Shown piece after piece: positions 29,739 through 39,496 of a stretch of DNA of 64,000 nucleotides; position 1 is the first letter of the stretch; the number at the start of each line of letters is the position of its first letter. Position numbers and translations under genes: made by a program. This DNA is from Candidatus Bathyarchaeota archaeon (GTDB lineage: Archaea; Thermoproteota; Bathyarchaeia; 40CM-2-53-6; RBG-13-38-9), in contig CAWECG010000004.1 in NCBI GenBank assembly GCA_963807605.1, forward strand, positions 160,001-224,000, read 5' to 3'. The notes under the pieces were generated by a model that did not search any database, was not told the origin of the DNA, and worked only from the letters and a program-made list of their open reading frames with translations.

Positions 29739-30188
29739 GATTCTAGGCTAGTCTACAGGCAACTGTCGACGTGAAGTGAACTCTTAAGATAGTGCTAGAG
29801 GGTCTTTCCGAAGATACATGGGAGAAACATGGCGAGACGTGCACGTTGTGGCTTAAGTCGGCATAATCACCTGTTTACCATCCGACTTGAAGGATGGAGG
29901 CAATCGATAGCGTTCAGCGGAGGAAATCTACTCTCTGGCAAGAAAAGTTCGAAGCGCGCGCGTAATAGAGAGGTTATCGGTGTCTTGAATATAAGTTCTC
30001 GTCAAGGCGAGAACATTAACAGGGTAATGACATACCCTGAACTTCTAGCATGGAATGGGATGAGGGGCAGCCTAGAAAGGCGATGATCCACCGACCAATG
30101 AACATAATAGAAGCTAGAATCTCCAGTCTTTGGGCGGGAGAGTGTCAAGCGTAATGAAGGCTAACGTGCACTAATCAGGGCGCGCTTT

Positions 30189-31943
30189 TCAAGACCCCTC
30201 TATGTCCTTCTTCTTTTGCAAGTATTCTTTTCTGGTTATCTCTCCTCTGGAATATCTGAGATCCAACGAGTCCAGACCTGTCTTCGCGCTCTCTCTTCTA
30301 AATTTGAGGCCTCTTCTAGATAGCATGAATGAAAGAATGATGACCACCGCTATCGCTGCAATAGCTATCACTAGAATCACACCTGGAGTCGAATAGTCTG
30401 GTTGCCACGCCGCGGTTATAGTCATAGGACTGTCTACTGTGACAGTGGATGTAGGGTTTGGTAGATCGCTTCCCGTTGTTCCGCTCCATCCGTCAAAGAC
30501 ATAGCTTCCGCCGAGGGCTCCCCAGAATCCGGACATCGGTACCGCGGGGTCAACCGAGATCGTGGCTGTGGAACCTTGATCATACCATCCGGATCCTTGA
30601 GGCTGACCAATCCCTGACTGTACATCAACATAGTATTGAACTTGGTACGTCGCATTAGCAGTGTGTGGCATGTTCATCGTCAGCGTGACCGTAGAACTAG
30701 TCACCTGAGAGCCGTCCACATCCCAGCCTTTGAAGATGTCTTTCTCTTGGTTTGATGTATTGATAGTCTGCGGAGTGGTGAGGGTTAGGACTGTATTTTG
30801 CTGTTGCCATCCCGCCTTATCTATGGAAGCTCCCGCAGGATTCTCCACAGTCAAGTTGTACTCGGGCACGTAAGAGAACGTATGTGAGGCTGCTTGCGGT
30901 GCCCCAGTGTAACCAGGGTAGTAGTATGGGTAGTTGGGATTATAGGGATAGTTAGGGTAGTAGTACGAGTAGTTCTCAAGATAGCCATAGGGAGATTGAT
31001 GAACAGGATTCACGTATAATTGCTGATAATTGGCCGGTGAAAGATCCTCTGAAGTATCCTCGGGATACACAATCCCTCTATCTTCTTGCCCATAAGCTTG
31101 TGTTGTAGGAGCTTGTGTTGTAGAAGGTTGTGTAGTAGAAGCTTGTGTAGTAGACGCCTGAATTGAAGATGCAGCTGTAGTCGTTATAGACTCGCTCGAG
31201 GCTTCCGAGGTTGTCGTCAATACGTTCGACGCTATCGTTTCCGTGGGCGTAGTTGTGCCTGTGGCTGTAGTTGTTGACTCGCTTGAGGTAGTTATTGTAG
31301 TCGTCGGACTAGTTGTGCTTGCTGTTGTAGTCGTTGACTCGCTTGAAGGCGTTATGGTAGTCGTCTCAGTAATAGTGCTTGCGGGTGTGGTCGTACTTGT
31401 TATGATCTCGTTTGAGGTCGTTATCGTAGTTATCTGAGTAGTGTAACTTGTTGTTGTGGCAGAAGTAGTCCTGCGATGGTACGGGGGATAGTTGGAGTAA
31501 TTGTAAGGATAGTTAGTGTAAGGATAGTTAGGGTATGGATTGTAGCCACCGTAGCCACCACCTGGATAGGAGTAGCCGTACGGGTTGTAGGAGGACTGCG
31601 ACTGTTGCAGAGTCCAAGAGGAATTAGCACAGGCATACCTTGTCCCTGCTGGTCCTGATACGTAATCATCAACTTGGAAAACGTGTGATTGTGTGTTATT
31701 CACTTGGAAGACTCCTGATGATCCTCCTTGGATACTTCCTTGTCCATTCCCGTCGATCTTGATATTGGCAGAATATTGGGAAGGCAAACCTGAGATAGTT
31801 ATGGTTACTTGGTAACTGGAATAGCTGTTATAGGGGCCGGTGTAGATCTGCGTCGCCGCCTCTTGAATAGGGCTTGTCTGCAAAACATTGGATGCAACTA
31901 TAGTTGATAAGATGAGAAGAAGGAATACTGCTGATGATTTCAT
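30189..31943 (-). CDS. Cell-surface protein: signal peptide, beta-sandwich domains, Y/P/N-rich and T/S-rich tracts, TM, SHOCT
   Basis: F.GW.G repeat-domain motifs, GSGWY..GS, C-terminal LRYSRGEITRKEY. Confidence 0.85.
   Translation of the reverse strand: MKSSAVFLLLILSTIVASNVLQTSPIQEAATQIYTGPYNSYSSYQVTITISGLPSQYSANIKIDGNGQGSIQGGSSGVFQVNNTQSHVFQVDDYVSGPAGTRYACANSSWTLQQSQSSYNPYGYSYPGGGYGGYNPYPNYPYTNYPYNYSNYPPYHRRTTSATTTSYTTQITTITTSNEIITSTTTPASTITETTTITPSSESTTTTASTTSPTTTITTSSESTTTATGTTTPTETIASNVLTTTSEASSESITTTAASSIQASTTQASTTQPSTTQAPTTQAYGQEDRGIVYPEDTSEDLSPANYQQLYVNPVHQSPYGYLENYSYYYPNYPYNPNYPYYYPGYTGAPQAASHTFSYVPEYNLTVENPAGASIDKAGWQQQNTVLTLTTPQTINTSNQEKDIFKGWDVDGSQVTSSTVTLTMNMPHTANATYQVQYYVDVQSGIGQPQGSGWYDQGSTATISVDPAVPMSGFWGALGGSYVFDGWSGTTGSDLPNPTSTVTVDSPMTITAAWQPDYSTPGVILVIAIAAIAVVIILSFMLSRRGLKFRRESAKTGLDSLDLRYSRGEITRKEYLQKKKDIEGS
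31096..31155 (-). repeat. 4 x 15-bp coding repeat ((S/P)TTQ(A/P))
   Basis: GCTTGTGTTGTAGGA / GCTTGTGTTGTAGAA / GGTTGTGTAGTAGAA / GCTTGTGTAGTAGAC. Confidence 0.85.
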
Positions 31944-32513
31944 TGTTCATGACCCCCTTTCTAAGTATTGGAGTGCGCTCCGCTTGCCTTTAATATTACG
32001 CGAGGGTTTGAGCCTGATAATATCTGCGGAATCGTAAATGGTCGTGTCCCCAGTTCCATTTCTCAACATTGGACAACATACACCCGCGTATTTGTTACTG
32101 TTGTGCTTCTGCATGTTCGTCGATCGATGAGCGCTCATAATGAACGTTGTGGAACATTGTTAAACAACCTGCTGAAAACGAGCCCGCAACAGAATAAGGA
32201 CCGAAGGCCTTCAGGAACCCGCGCTGCAACGGCCACAAATGAGAATACGGCGGCTTTGACTGCGACTGAAGCACAGACTGCTACCGCGTATCATCGACCG
32301 TCTCAATCCAAGTGGGGTCGATGTTCCGATGAGGCGCTTGATTTGCCTCCCCTCCGTCATCTACACGCACAATTCAGGATCCTTGCGCAGGAGTGCTAGA
32401 GAAAAAAATGGTTTGCTCTTCCTCATCAACTGTCTGAGTGCATTGTGCACGCTACAATATTCAAAAGGCTTATTCTTCTAGGGTACTAATGAGCTGAAAA
32501 GGAGCCCTTCACA

Positions 32514-33014
32514 GTGTCGGTAGTAACAAAAGCGATACTTGTCACCGTATTAACTTCTGTGCTTGCGGTTCTTGCATACGGGTATATCAATCACATAAGA
32601 GATCAGATATGGCCTCCGAAACCTCCTCTGCCTGTAGAGATTGTTGATCTGAAGATAAATGGCAAGAAAAAGAAGGCAAAAGCCGGCGATGATTCTTCAG
32701 CAGAGATCACGTTCGACCTGAAGCATAATGATGGAGTCGGTCACAATGTGACGGTCATTTTTGATCTAGGAAATGAAGGTATTCGTCATGCGTCAATTGC
32801 AACATCGCCAAAATACCCGCTTCCTCTGAATGGAACCATGTTCTACTACACGCGACCTATCTACGCTGCAGACTCGGTCCTAACTCAGAGAGTGTTGGCG
32901 TTGACACATATCAAAGACCTAGCAAGTGCAACTGTCGTCATCAGGATCGCCTTATCCTTGGATGGAAAACAGAATCGTGGCGAACAAAGTGTCAAACTTC
33001 AAATCTCCAAGTGA
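32514..33014 (+). CDS. Membrane-anchored hypothetical protein (beta-rich)
   Basis: N-terminal TM followed by an Ig-like alternating pattern. Confidence 0.65.
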   Translation: MSVVTKAILVTVLTSVLAVLAYGYINHIRDQIWPPKPPLPVEIVDLKINGKKKKAKAGDDSSAEITFDLKHNDGVGHNVTVIFDLGNEGIRHASIATSPKYPLPLNGTMFYYTRPIYAADSVLTQRVLALTHIKDLASATVVIRIALSLDGKQNRGEQSVKLQISK

Positions 33015-33085
33015 GGCTCACGCGTTGTGATGCACGTGCGTGTAACAATGGAATCGATCTATCAGGTGAGCTAGCTAGCGATTCT

Positions 33086-33319
33086 TTAGCATATGTCTTC
33101 CAGTGTTACGATTTCTCGGCAGTGACTGCAATAGAACCATCCGTGCTTTGGCACATGCTCGTAAGGAGTTTTATGTTTCGGACAGTAACGATAAGCGCTG
33201 TATTCGTAGATGATTGGTTTTCTTGTTGTAATGAAACCTTCTTCCTTCAAGAGAAGTAACGTCATGATGAACAAGACGACGAATGGCAGTAGAATGACAA
33301 CGTATTGCAGATTAAGCAT
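33086..33319 (-). CDS. Small TM plus zinc-ribbon protein
   Basis: TM helix, YCPKH...YCSHC. Confidence 0.65.
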   Translation of the reverse strand: MLNLQYVVILLPFVVLFIMTLLLLKEEGFITTRKPIIYEYSAYRYCPKHKTPYEHVPKHGWFYCSHCREIVTLEDIC

Positions 33320-33851
33320 GGGTTAGGCTACTAGCCCACTTGCCCATTTAGTAACAGTGTTGTATGAAAATCATGAAGAGTCTGGAACTAGAAGCCTAGG
33401 TCTCGAGTAACGTTAAGAAAGAGACACGTATGTGCAAGGAACTTTTATCCGCACTTCTACCTCTATCCGTGAATCGTGGAAGTCCCTTCTACGATTGAAT
33501 GCCCTAGGATCTTCTGACCTATTTCTGAGCCGAAAATACGAGAATCCGAGATTCGATCATACTAACAAAAGGCTTTTGAAAGGTGGAATTCGGTCTGAAG
33601 TTTTATATGGAGGCATTTTAGGCTCGAAAGCCCAAGCCACAAATGGGTAAGGTCGAACAGGTTTGAACCCTGGAATCGACCAGAGAAAAGTCAGAAGATT
33701 TCAGTACTTGTATTTATGACGGCAGGGTGTGCAAGGTAGCAGAGCCAAGTTGGGGCTTCTATTGGTGCTTAGCATGTCCGCTTGCACTTGTGCAAGTGGC
33801 AACTCAGTCTAATGCCTTCAAGTCATCTTGAGTCTTGTTAACTCTGAGTCT

Positions 33852-34994
33852 TCATCGTTGCCGTCTTGCTCTTGCACTTCTTTGGAGATAAGTATTGCTC
33901 GATCTTCTTGATGGTTCTTGTATCGCTTCCCTGGTCTCGGCCAGCTTCTCAGCTATCACGCCCAGCGAAACCTTCTGCTGATCTATCGATATGGTCATCT
34001 TAGGCGAGAGGTAGCTGTTCTTGATCGATCCAAAACAACCCGGATACTTTGAGCCGTAGAAGGACTCCCATTTGAGATAGTCCTCCAGACTGAGATGGGC
34101 TTCGAAAAGCAGCAGGTTGTAGCGGCCTTCACTCACCCTATAGGCTAGGCTGACATGCGGATCCGAGTGGACATCTCTTATGAATTGTTCAGAAGGTTTG
34201 CGCATCTCTATCAGAGAGAAGACTAGCATGAAATCGGGGGGCACGAAGAATGATGGAAATCTGCATACGGGTCCAAGTATGATCTCTGCCTCTGTGAGTT
34301 TTCTGATTCTCTCGCTCACTGTTCTACGGTGGACACCCAACTCTTTAGCGAGAGAGTTCTCGTTGACTGATATGCCCTCGCCGTTGGTAAGGCGAGTTAG
34401 TATGTCTAGTGAGAGTTGATCAAGGGGGCATCCATTTATTTCCCGTATTCTCTTCTGTGAGAAGTACTCTCTGATGAGTTGAACTGGTGCGCTCGGTTCA
34501 TACTTCTCGATAAGAACGTTGGAGAGGTATACTGCAGTTGATGGGATTCGCTCACCTCTACCGGGTATCTTTCCATCTTTGACGAGGGCCTCTCTCCACG
34601 TATGATAGGACCACAGGCTCTCGTGAAGTTCGAATAGCATCATGTTATACTCCCCCTCACGAATGCGAAATGCCGCGAAAACGTTGGCGTCGTCGATCAG
34701 CCATCTTTTGACTTGTTCATTGTCGGGCAAGTCCGCGTAAACGGCAACGAGCAGCGGTCGTTCCTTGTACAACGCTAGAAATGGGGTGATTGGTCTATCA
34801 ATGACGCCGTGATCTGTGAGATCCCTGACTCGCTCACGGATGGTATTCCGGTGTCTCCTGAGGCGTTTAGCTAGGTGGCTGAGGTTTATGCTGAGGCCGT
34901 CACCGGCACATAGTTTGCTCAACAATTGTAGATTCAGTTCATCATGTAGCATAGTAGGTACTTCTAGGGAAAGACGTTTGTTGGACATAGCCAT
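33852..34994 (-). CDS. Tandem-duplicated wHTH + Lrp/AsnC-like transcriptional regulator
   Basis: Two similar halves (LAKRLRRHRNTIRERV / LAKELGVHRRTVSERI; EGEYNMMLFE / EGRYNLLLFE). CAT at 34992-34994 shows it is on the - strand (track label wrong). Confidence 0.85.
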   Translation of the reverse strand: MAMSNKRLSLEVPTMLHDELNLQLLSKLCAGDGLSINLSHLAKRLRRHRNTIRERVRDLTDHGVIDRPITPFLALYKERPLLVAVYADLPDNEQVKRWLIDDANVFAAFRIREGEYNMMLFELHESLWSYHTWREALVKDGKIPGRGERIPSTAVYLSNVLIEKYEPSAPVQLIREYFSQKRIREINGCPLDQLSLDILTRLTNGEGISVNENSLAKELGVHRRTVSERIRKLTEAEIILGPVCRFPSFFVPPDFMLVFSLIEMRKPSEQFIRDVHSDPHVSLAYRVSEGRYNLLLFEAHLSLEDYLKWESFYGSKYPGCFGSIKNSYLSPKMTISIDQQKVSLGVIAEKLAETREAIQEPSRRSSNTYLQRSARARRQR

Positions 34995-35138
34995 CTCCTC
35001 TTTGCTATTATATCATTTCTGCCATAAAAAGATACTTTAGAATATAATTATGATATATATCCTTGATCTTCACAGGTGTTCAGTCAGTAAGGTGCTGCAG
35101 CCATAAAGGACAAGCACTCATTCATCAGGTGGCAGGTT

Positions 35139-35582
35139 TTGAAGAGAATATACGCAATAGAAGACCACTGCATCGGTTGTCGACTCTGTGAGGTTCGATG
35201 CGTTACTCAGCACTCCAGATCGAAGGATATAGTGAAAGCCCACAGAAAAGAGACTCCTGAGCCAAGCCGGGTAAGAGTCCAAGAGCAGGGGCCTGTCTCA
35301 TTTGCTGTTCAATGCAGGCACTGTAAGGAGCCCGCCTGCGTCTACTCCTGCCTTACGGGCGCTATGAGTCGGGATCCATCCTCAGGTATTGTTACACATG
35401 ATAAAGACAAGTGCATCGGCTGCTGGACATGCGTGATGGTCTGCCCCGTGGGAGCAATAGTTCCGGACTTGAAGACGCACAAAGTGGCTTCCAAATGCGA
35501 TCTTTGCATTGGCGTCGAGATACCTGTCTGCGTTCAGAATTGTCCTAACAGGGCTCTGGTATTCCAAGAGGTAGCGCCATGA
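35139..35582 (+). CDS. 4Fe-4S dicluster protein (CooF/HydN-like)
   Basis: CIGCRLCEVRC, CRHCKEPACVYSC, CIGCWTCVMVCP, KCDLC...CVQNCP. Confidence 0.92.
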   Translation: MKRIYAIEDHCIGCRLCEVRCVTQHSRSKDIVKAHRKETPEPSRVRVQEQGPVSFAVQCRHCKEPACVYSCLTGAMSRDPSSGIVTHDKDKCIGCWTCVMVCPVGAIVPDLKTHKVASKCDLCIGVEIPVCVQNCPNRALVFQEVAP

Positions 35583-36856
35583 AATTCAAATACGTCATTA
35601 TAGGCGGTTCTGCCGGCGGCATTGGGGCGGTCGAAGCTATACGGGCAATCGACAAGACAGAGCCTATCGCAGTCATATCGGATGAACCTACACCTCAATA
35701 CTCCAAACCCATGATCTCCGAATACTTGGGAGAAGGAAAGAAACTGCCCGAGATAATCTACCGTCCGTTGAAGTTCTGGGAAGATAATTCCGTCAACATC
35801 ATAGGTGGAAAGAAGGTCGTCAAAATCGATGCTCCTTCCAGACAGGTCATCTTGGAAGACGAGGGCAGGATTGGTTTCGAGAAGCTTCTCATAGCCACCG
35901 GTGGAAAACCAATAATCCCCAAGACAGATGGGGCAGATAAGAAAGGAGTCTACACATTCACAAGCCTTACTGACGCTCAGATCTTGGAAGAGAAGCTGTC
36001 AGGTGCAGACAAAGTTGTTGTTGTAGGTGGAGGATTGATTGGAGTCAGTCTTACAGAGGCTCTGGTAAAACTCCGAAAGAATGTAACGGTAGTTGAGTTG
36101 AAGGATAGAATCCTCAGTCTAATCTTGGATTCCGAAGGATCTACCCTAATGACAGAGGTAGTAGAACAAGCAGGTGTCAAGATAATCACAGGGCATTATG
36201 TGGCAAAGATTCTTGGAAGAAAAGACTCCGACGCGCAGGTTGGGGGGGTCATTTTGGATGACGGGACCGAGTTGGCCTCCGATCTGGTGGTATTTGCTAT
36301 AGGGGTGACCCCGAGGGTCGAGATAATCAACCCAGACCAAATTAAGATCAATCGCGGAGTCGTCGTGGACCGATCTATGGCAACATCGGCTCCCGACATC
36401 TACTCTTGTGGAGATGCAGCTGAGGCCTACGACTTTACTTACGGAGATTCTAGGGTTCTTCCGTTATGGCCACTTGCATATGTAGGCGGCAGGGTTGCAG
36501 GCTCGAACATGGCCGGGCTGAAGGTCGAGTATCCGGGTGGGACCCAGATGAGCGCCCTGAACTACTTCGGCATCCCTGTAATCACAGTCGGAATTGTGAA
36601 CCCGCCATCTGGTGAGGAATATGAAATCCTCTCGAATATGCATCGAGAGAACAGAGTATACAGGAAGATTGTGTTACGGAACAATGTTGTAGTAGGAATG
36701 ATTCTGATCGGTAAAGTGGAGAATGCAGGCGTAATCTTCGATCTCTTGAAGAACAAAATTGATGTCAGCACGATGAAAGAGAAGATCATCTCCGAAGACT
36801 TCGGGCTGCTCCATCTTGACGAGTCCATCAGGCGTGAGATGCTCAGGAGGGAATGA
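35579..36856 (+). CDS. FAD/NAD(P)-dependent oxidoreductase (NirB-N / rubredoxin-reductase-like)
   Basis: IIGGSAGG, ATGG, GGGLIG, IYSCGD. Confidence 0.9.
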   Translation: MKFKYVIIGGSAGGIGAVEAIRAIDKTEPIAVISDEPTPQYSKPMISEYLGEGKKLPEIIYRPLKFWEDNSVNIIGGKKVVKIDAPSRQVILEDEGRIGFEKLLIATGGKPIIPKTDGADKKGVYTFTSLTDAQILEEKLSGADKVVVVGGGLIGVSLTEALVKLRKNVTVVELKDRILSLILDSEGSTLMTEVVEQAGVKIITGHYVAKILGRKDSDAQVGGVILDDGTELASDLVVFAIGVTPRVEIINPDQIKINRGVVVDRSMATSAPDIYSCGDAAEAYDFTYGDSRVLPLWPLAYVGGRVAGSNMAGLKVEYPGGTQMSALNYFGIPVITVGIVNPPSGEEYEILSNMHRENRVYRKIVLRNNVVVGMILIGKVENAGVIFDLLKNKIDVSTMKEKIISEDFGLLHLDESIRREMLRRE

Positions 36857-36857
36857 G

Positions 36858-37988
36858 ATGAGCATCTGGGAGCATAACAACCCATACAACGATCCCAAAG
36901 TCGTAGATGCTTGCAGCCTATTTGGAATGATGGATCTATCAGGGCAGCGTTTCGGATCAAAGGACCCAGTGAAGGCTATTGCCAACATGCATGACCGAGG
37001 CAACGGGTTGGGAGGAGGGTTCGCAGTATACGGGTTATATCCAAAATTCGAGGATGATTATGCGCTTCATATAATGTACTTGGATTCAGAGACAAAGAAG
37101 ATTGTCGAAGCCCAACTAGAGAGATGGTTTGACCTTATCAAGAGCGAAGAGGTCCCATCAAGAGAGGCGAATGTTCGCGACCCGCCAATAATATGGAGAT
37201 ACTTCGTACAACCAAAGCACATCCGCATCCTACAGCCACCAGACGATTACATCGTAGAGAAAGTGATGAAGATCAACACTGAGACGGGAAAGGCGTTCGT
37301 CTTCTCAAGCGGGAAGAATATGGCGGTCTTCAAAGGCGTTGGATATCCCGAAGATGTCGCAGACTTCTTCATGCTCGAAGAATACCAAGGATACCTGTGG
37401 ACATGTCACGGGAGATTTCCCACAAACACCCCTGGATGGTGGGGAGGAGCCCACCCCTTCAACATTCTGGACTGGACTGTCGTGCATAACGGTGAGATAT
37501 CGTCCTACGACGCCAACAGAAGATATCTTGAGATGTTCGGGTATGACTGCAGAATGCAGACAGACACAGAGGTTCTAGCTTACGCCTTCGACTTACTCAT
37601 GAGGAAACAACACCTGCCAATCGAAGTTGCTGCAAAGATACTTGCCCCACACCTCTGGAGCGAGATTGACAGAATGGACCCGAAAGAGCGAAGACTCCAT
37701 ACGGCCCTACGTCAGACCTACGCCGCCCTACTGATGAACGGGCCCTTCTCAATAGTGGTCGCAAGACATGGGGAGATGATGGGTTTGACAGACAGAATAA
37801 AACTGAGGCCGTTAGTTGCCGCCAGGAAAGGCAGTAGGCTCTATCTATCGTCCGAGGAGTCTGCTGTCAGACTTGTCTCTCCAGTTTTGGACAAGTGCTG
37901 GGCACCGAGAGGGGGGGAGCCAGTGGTAGGCAGGCTGGGATCAACTGATATTGAGGGAGCTCTTATCCCGGAGGTCACTGTATGCTGA
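36858..37988 (+). CDS. Glutamate synthase amidotransferase subunit (GltB1)
   Basis: DACSLFG (Ntn Cys), RGNGLGGG, HGRFPTNT, HPF, HNGEI, TDTEV, DRIKLRP. Confidence 0.9.
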   Translation: MSIWEHNNPYNDPKVVDACSLFGMMDLSGQRFGSKDPVKAIANMHDRGNGLGGGFAVYGLYPKFEDDYALHIMYLDSETKKIVEAQLERWFDLIKSEEVPSREANVRDPPIIWRYFVQPKHIRILQPPDDYIVEKVMKINTETGKAFVFSSGKNMAVFKGVGYPEDVADFFMLEEYQGYLWTCHGRFPTNTPGWWGGAHPFNILDWTVVHNGEISSYDANRRYLEMFGYDCRMQTDTEVLAYAFDLLMRKQHLPIEVAAKILAPHLWSEIDRMDPKERRLHTALRQTYAALLMNGPFSIVVARHGEMMGLTDRIKLRPLVAARKGSRLYLSSEESAVRLVSPVLDKCWAPRGGEPVVGRLGSTDIEGALIPEVTVC

Positions 37989-39496
37989 AGAGCTATCTCT
38001 ATCCCGAATATTACGTTGACCGAGACCAAAACAGATGTATCCGCTGCAAAGTCTGTGTTAGGCAATGCACCTACGAGACACACAGCTACGACGCTGAAGA
38101 AGACGTCATCGTTAGCGATAACGAGAAATGCGTCAACTGCCAGAGGTGCGTCGTCTTCTGTCCGACCCGCGCACTAACAATAAGAAAGAATCCAGTTGCT
38201 TATCGCGAGAACTATAACTGGACACAGGATGCGATATACGACTTAAAGAAACAGGCAGAGACCGGAGGCATAGTCCTCACAGGAATGGGATCCGGCAAAC
38301 CAAACTACACCTACTTCGACCGGCTTCTACTCAACGCCAGCCAAGTGACTAACCCCTCAATAGACCCGCTTAGAGAGCCTATGGAACTCGTCACATACCT
38401 CGGCTCAAAGCCAGACAAGATTGAGCTTGACCAAAAACCTGACAGCGTAAGCTTGAAGACGAATCTCTCACCCCAACTGAGACTAGAAACACCGATATTG
38501 TTTTCCGCGATGTCCTACGGTGCTATCAGCTTCAACGTCCACGAAGCCCTAGCTAGGGCCGCAAGTGAATTTGGTACGTATTTCAATACTGGGGAAGGTG
38601 GACTTGACAGAAGACTCTACAAATACGGTAAAAACACGATAGTTCAAGTTGCATCAGGCAGGTTTGGCGTCCACAAGGACTACTTGGAGGTTGGAGCAGC
38701 CGTGGAAATAAAGATCGGCCAAGGCGCAAAACCCGGAATTGGCGGACACCTTCCAGGGGAAAAAGTCACAGCAGACATTTCAAGAACCAGGATGATCCCC
38801 GTTGGAACAGACGCCCTCTCACCTGCACCCCAACATGACATATACTCAATCGAGGACCTGTCGCAGCTCATCTACGCACTAAAGGAAGCTACAGACTACG
38901 AGAAACCAGTTTCGGTTAAGATAGCTGCTGTCCACAATGTCGCAGCGATTGCAAGCGGAATAGTCCGCGCAGGAGCAGATATCGTTGCCATAGACGGTGT
39001 CAGAGGCGCTACTGGAGCAGCACCAAAGGTGATCCGTGACAATGTTGGGATACCCATCGAGTTGGCAATTGCAGGTGTGGACCAGCGGCTCAGAAGCGAG
39101 GGAATCAGAAATAGGACCTCAATAATTGCAGCGGGCGGGATACGAAGCAGCGGTGACGTCGTGAAGATCTTGGCCTTGGGGGCGGACGCCGTCTACATAG
39201 CCACAGCGGCGTTGGTCTCCATGGGATGCACAGTATGCCAGAAATGCCACACAGGAAAGTGCCCATGGGGCATAGCAACAATGGATCCGTACATAGCCAA
39301 GAGGATCAACCCCGATATCGCCACGGAGAGACTCCTCAATCTTCTGACAAGCTGGAGCTTGGAGATCAAAGAGATGATGGGCGGGATGGGAATCAACGCT
39401 GTTGATAGTCTAAGAGGAAATAGGCTAGCCCTAAGAGGCGTCGGTTTGACAGAGGGAGAACTCAAAGTTCTTGGTGTCAGGTTGGCGGGTGACTAA
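37982..39496 (+). CDS. Glutamate synthase FMN subunit with N-terminal ferredoxin (GltB2)
   Basis: Two CxxCxxCxxxC motifs, MSYGA, NTGEGG, QVASGRFG, EIKIGQGAKPGIGGHLPG, C.VCQKCHTGKCPWGIAT. Confidence 0.95.
   Translation: MLKSYLYPEYYVDRDQNRCIRCKVCVRQCTYETHSYDAEEDVIVSDNEKCVNCQRCVVFCPTRALTIRKNPVAYRENYNWTQDAIYDLKKQAETGGIVLTGMGSGKPNYTYFDRLLLNASQVTNPSIDPLREPMELVTYLGSKPDKIELDQKPDSVSLKTNLSPQLRLETPILFSAMSYGAISFNVHEALARAASEFGTYFNTGEGGLDRRLYKYGKNTIVQVASGRFGVHKDYLEVGAAVEIKIGQGAKPGIGGHLPGEKVTADISRTRMIPVGTDALSPAPQHDIYSIEDLSQLIYALKEATDYEKPVSVKIAAVHNVAAIASGIVRAGADIVAIDGVRGATGAAPKVIRDNVGIPIELAIAGVDQRLRSEGIRNRTSIIAAGGIRSSGDVVKILALGADAVYIATAALVSMGCTVCQKCHTGKCPWGIATMDPYIAKRINPDIATERLLNLLTSWSLEIKEMMGGMGINAVDSLRGNRLALRGVGLTEGELKVLGVRLAGD

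Noticed and set aside
29829-30086. 85-aa ORF
   Set aside because: No recognisable motif or SD. The region is better noted for its hairpins.
31968-32399. 143-aa + strand ORF
   Set aside because: It covers the promoter side of the surface-protein gene and has no motif, so it is unsupported.
33601-33800. Possible small RNA (TATA at 33601, hairpins at 33651-33681 and 33781-33796)
   Set aside because: The stems are short or imperfect, and the last could simply terminate the regulator gene. Evidence is insufficient.
33852-34994. ORF-track + strand label for the 380-aa regulator
   Set aside because: MAMSNKR is encoded by the reverse complement starting at 34994, so the gene is on the - strand.
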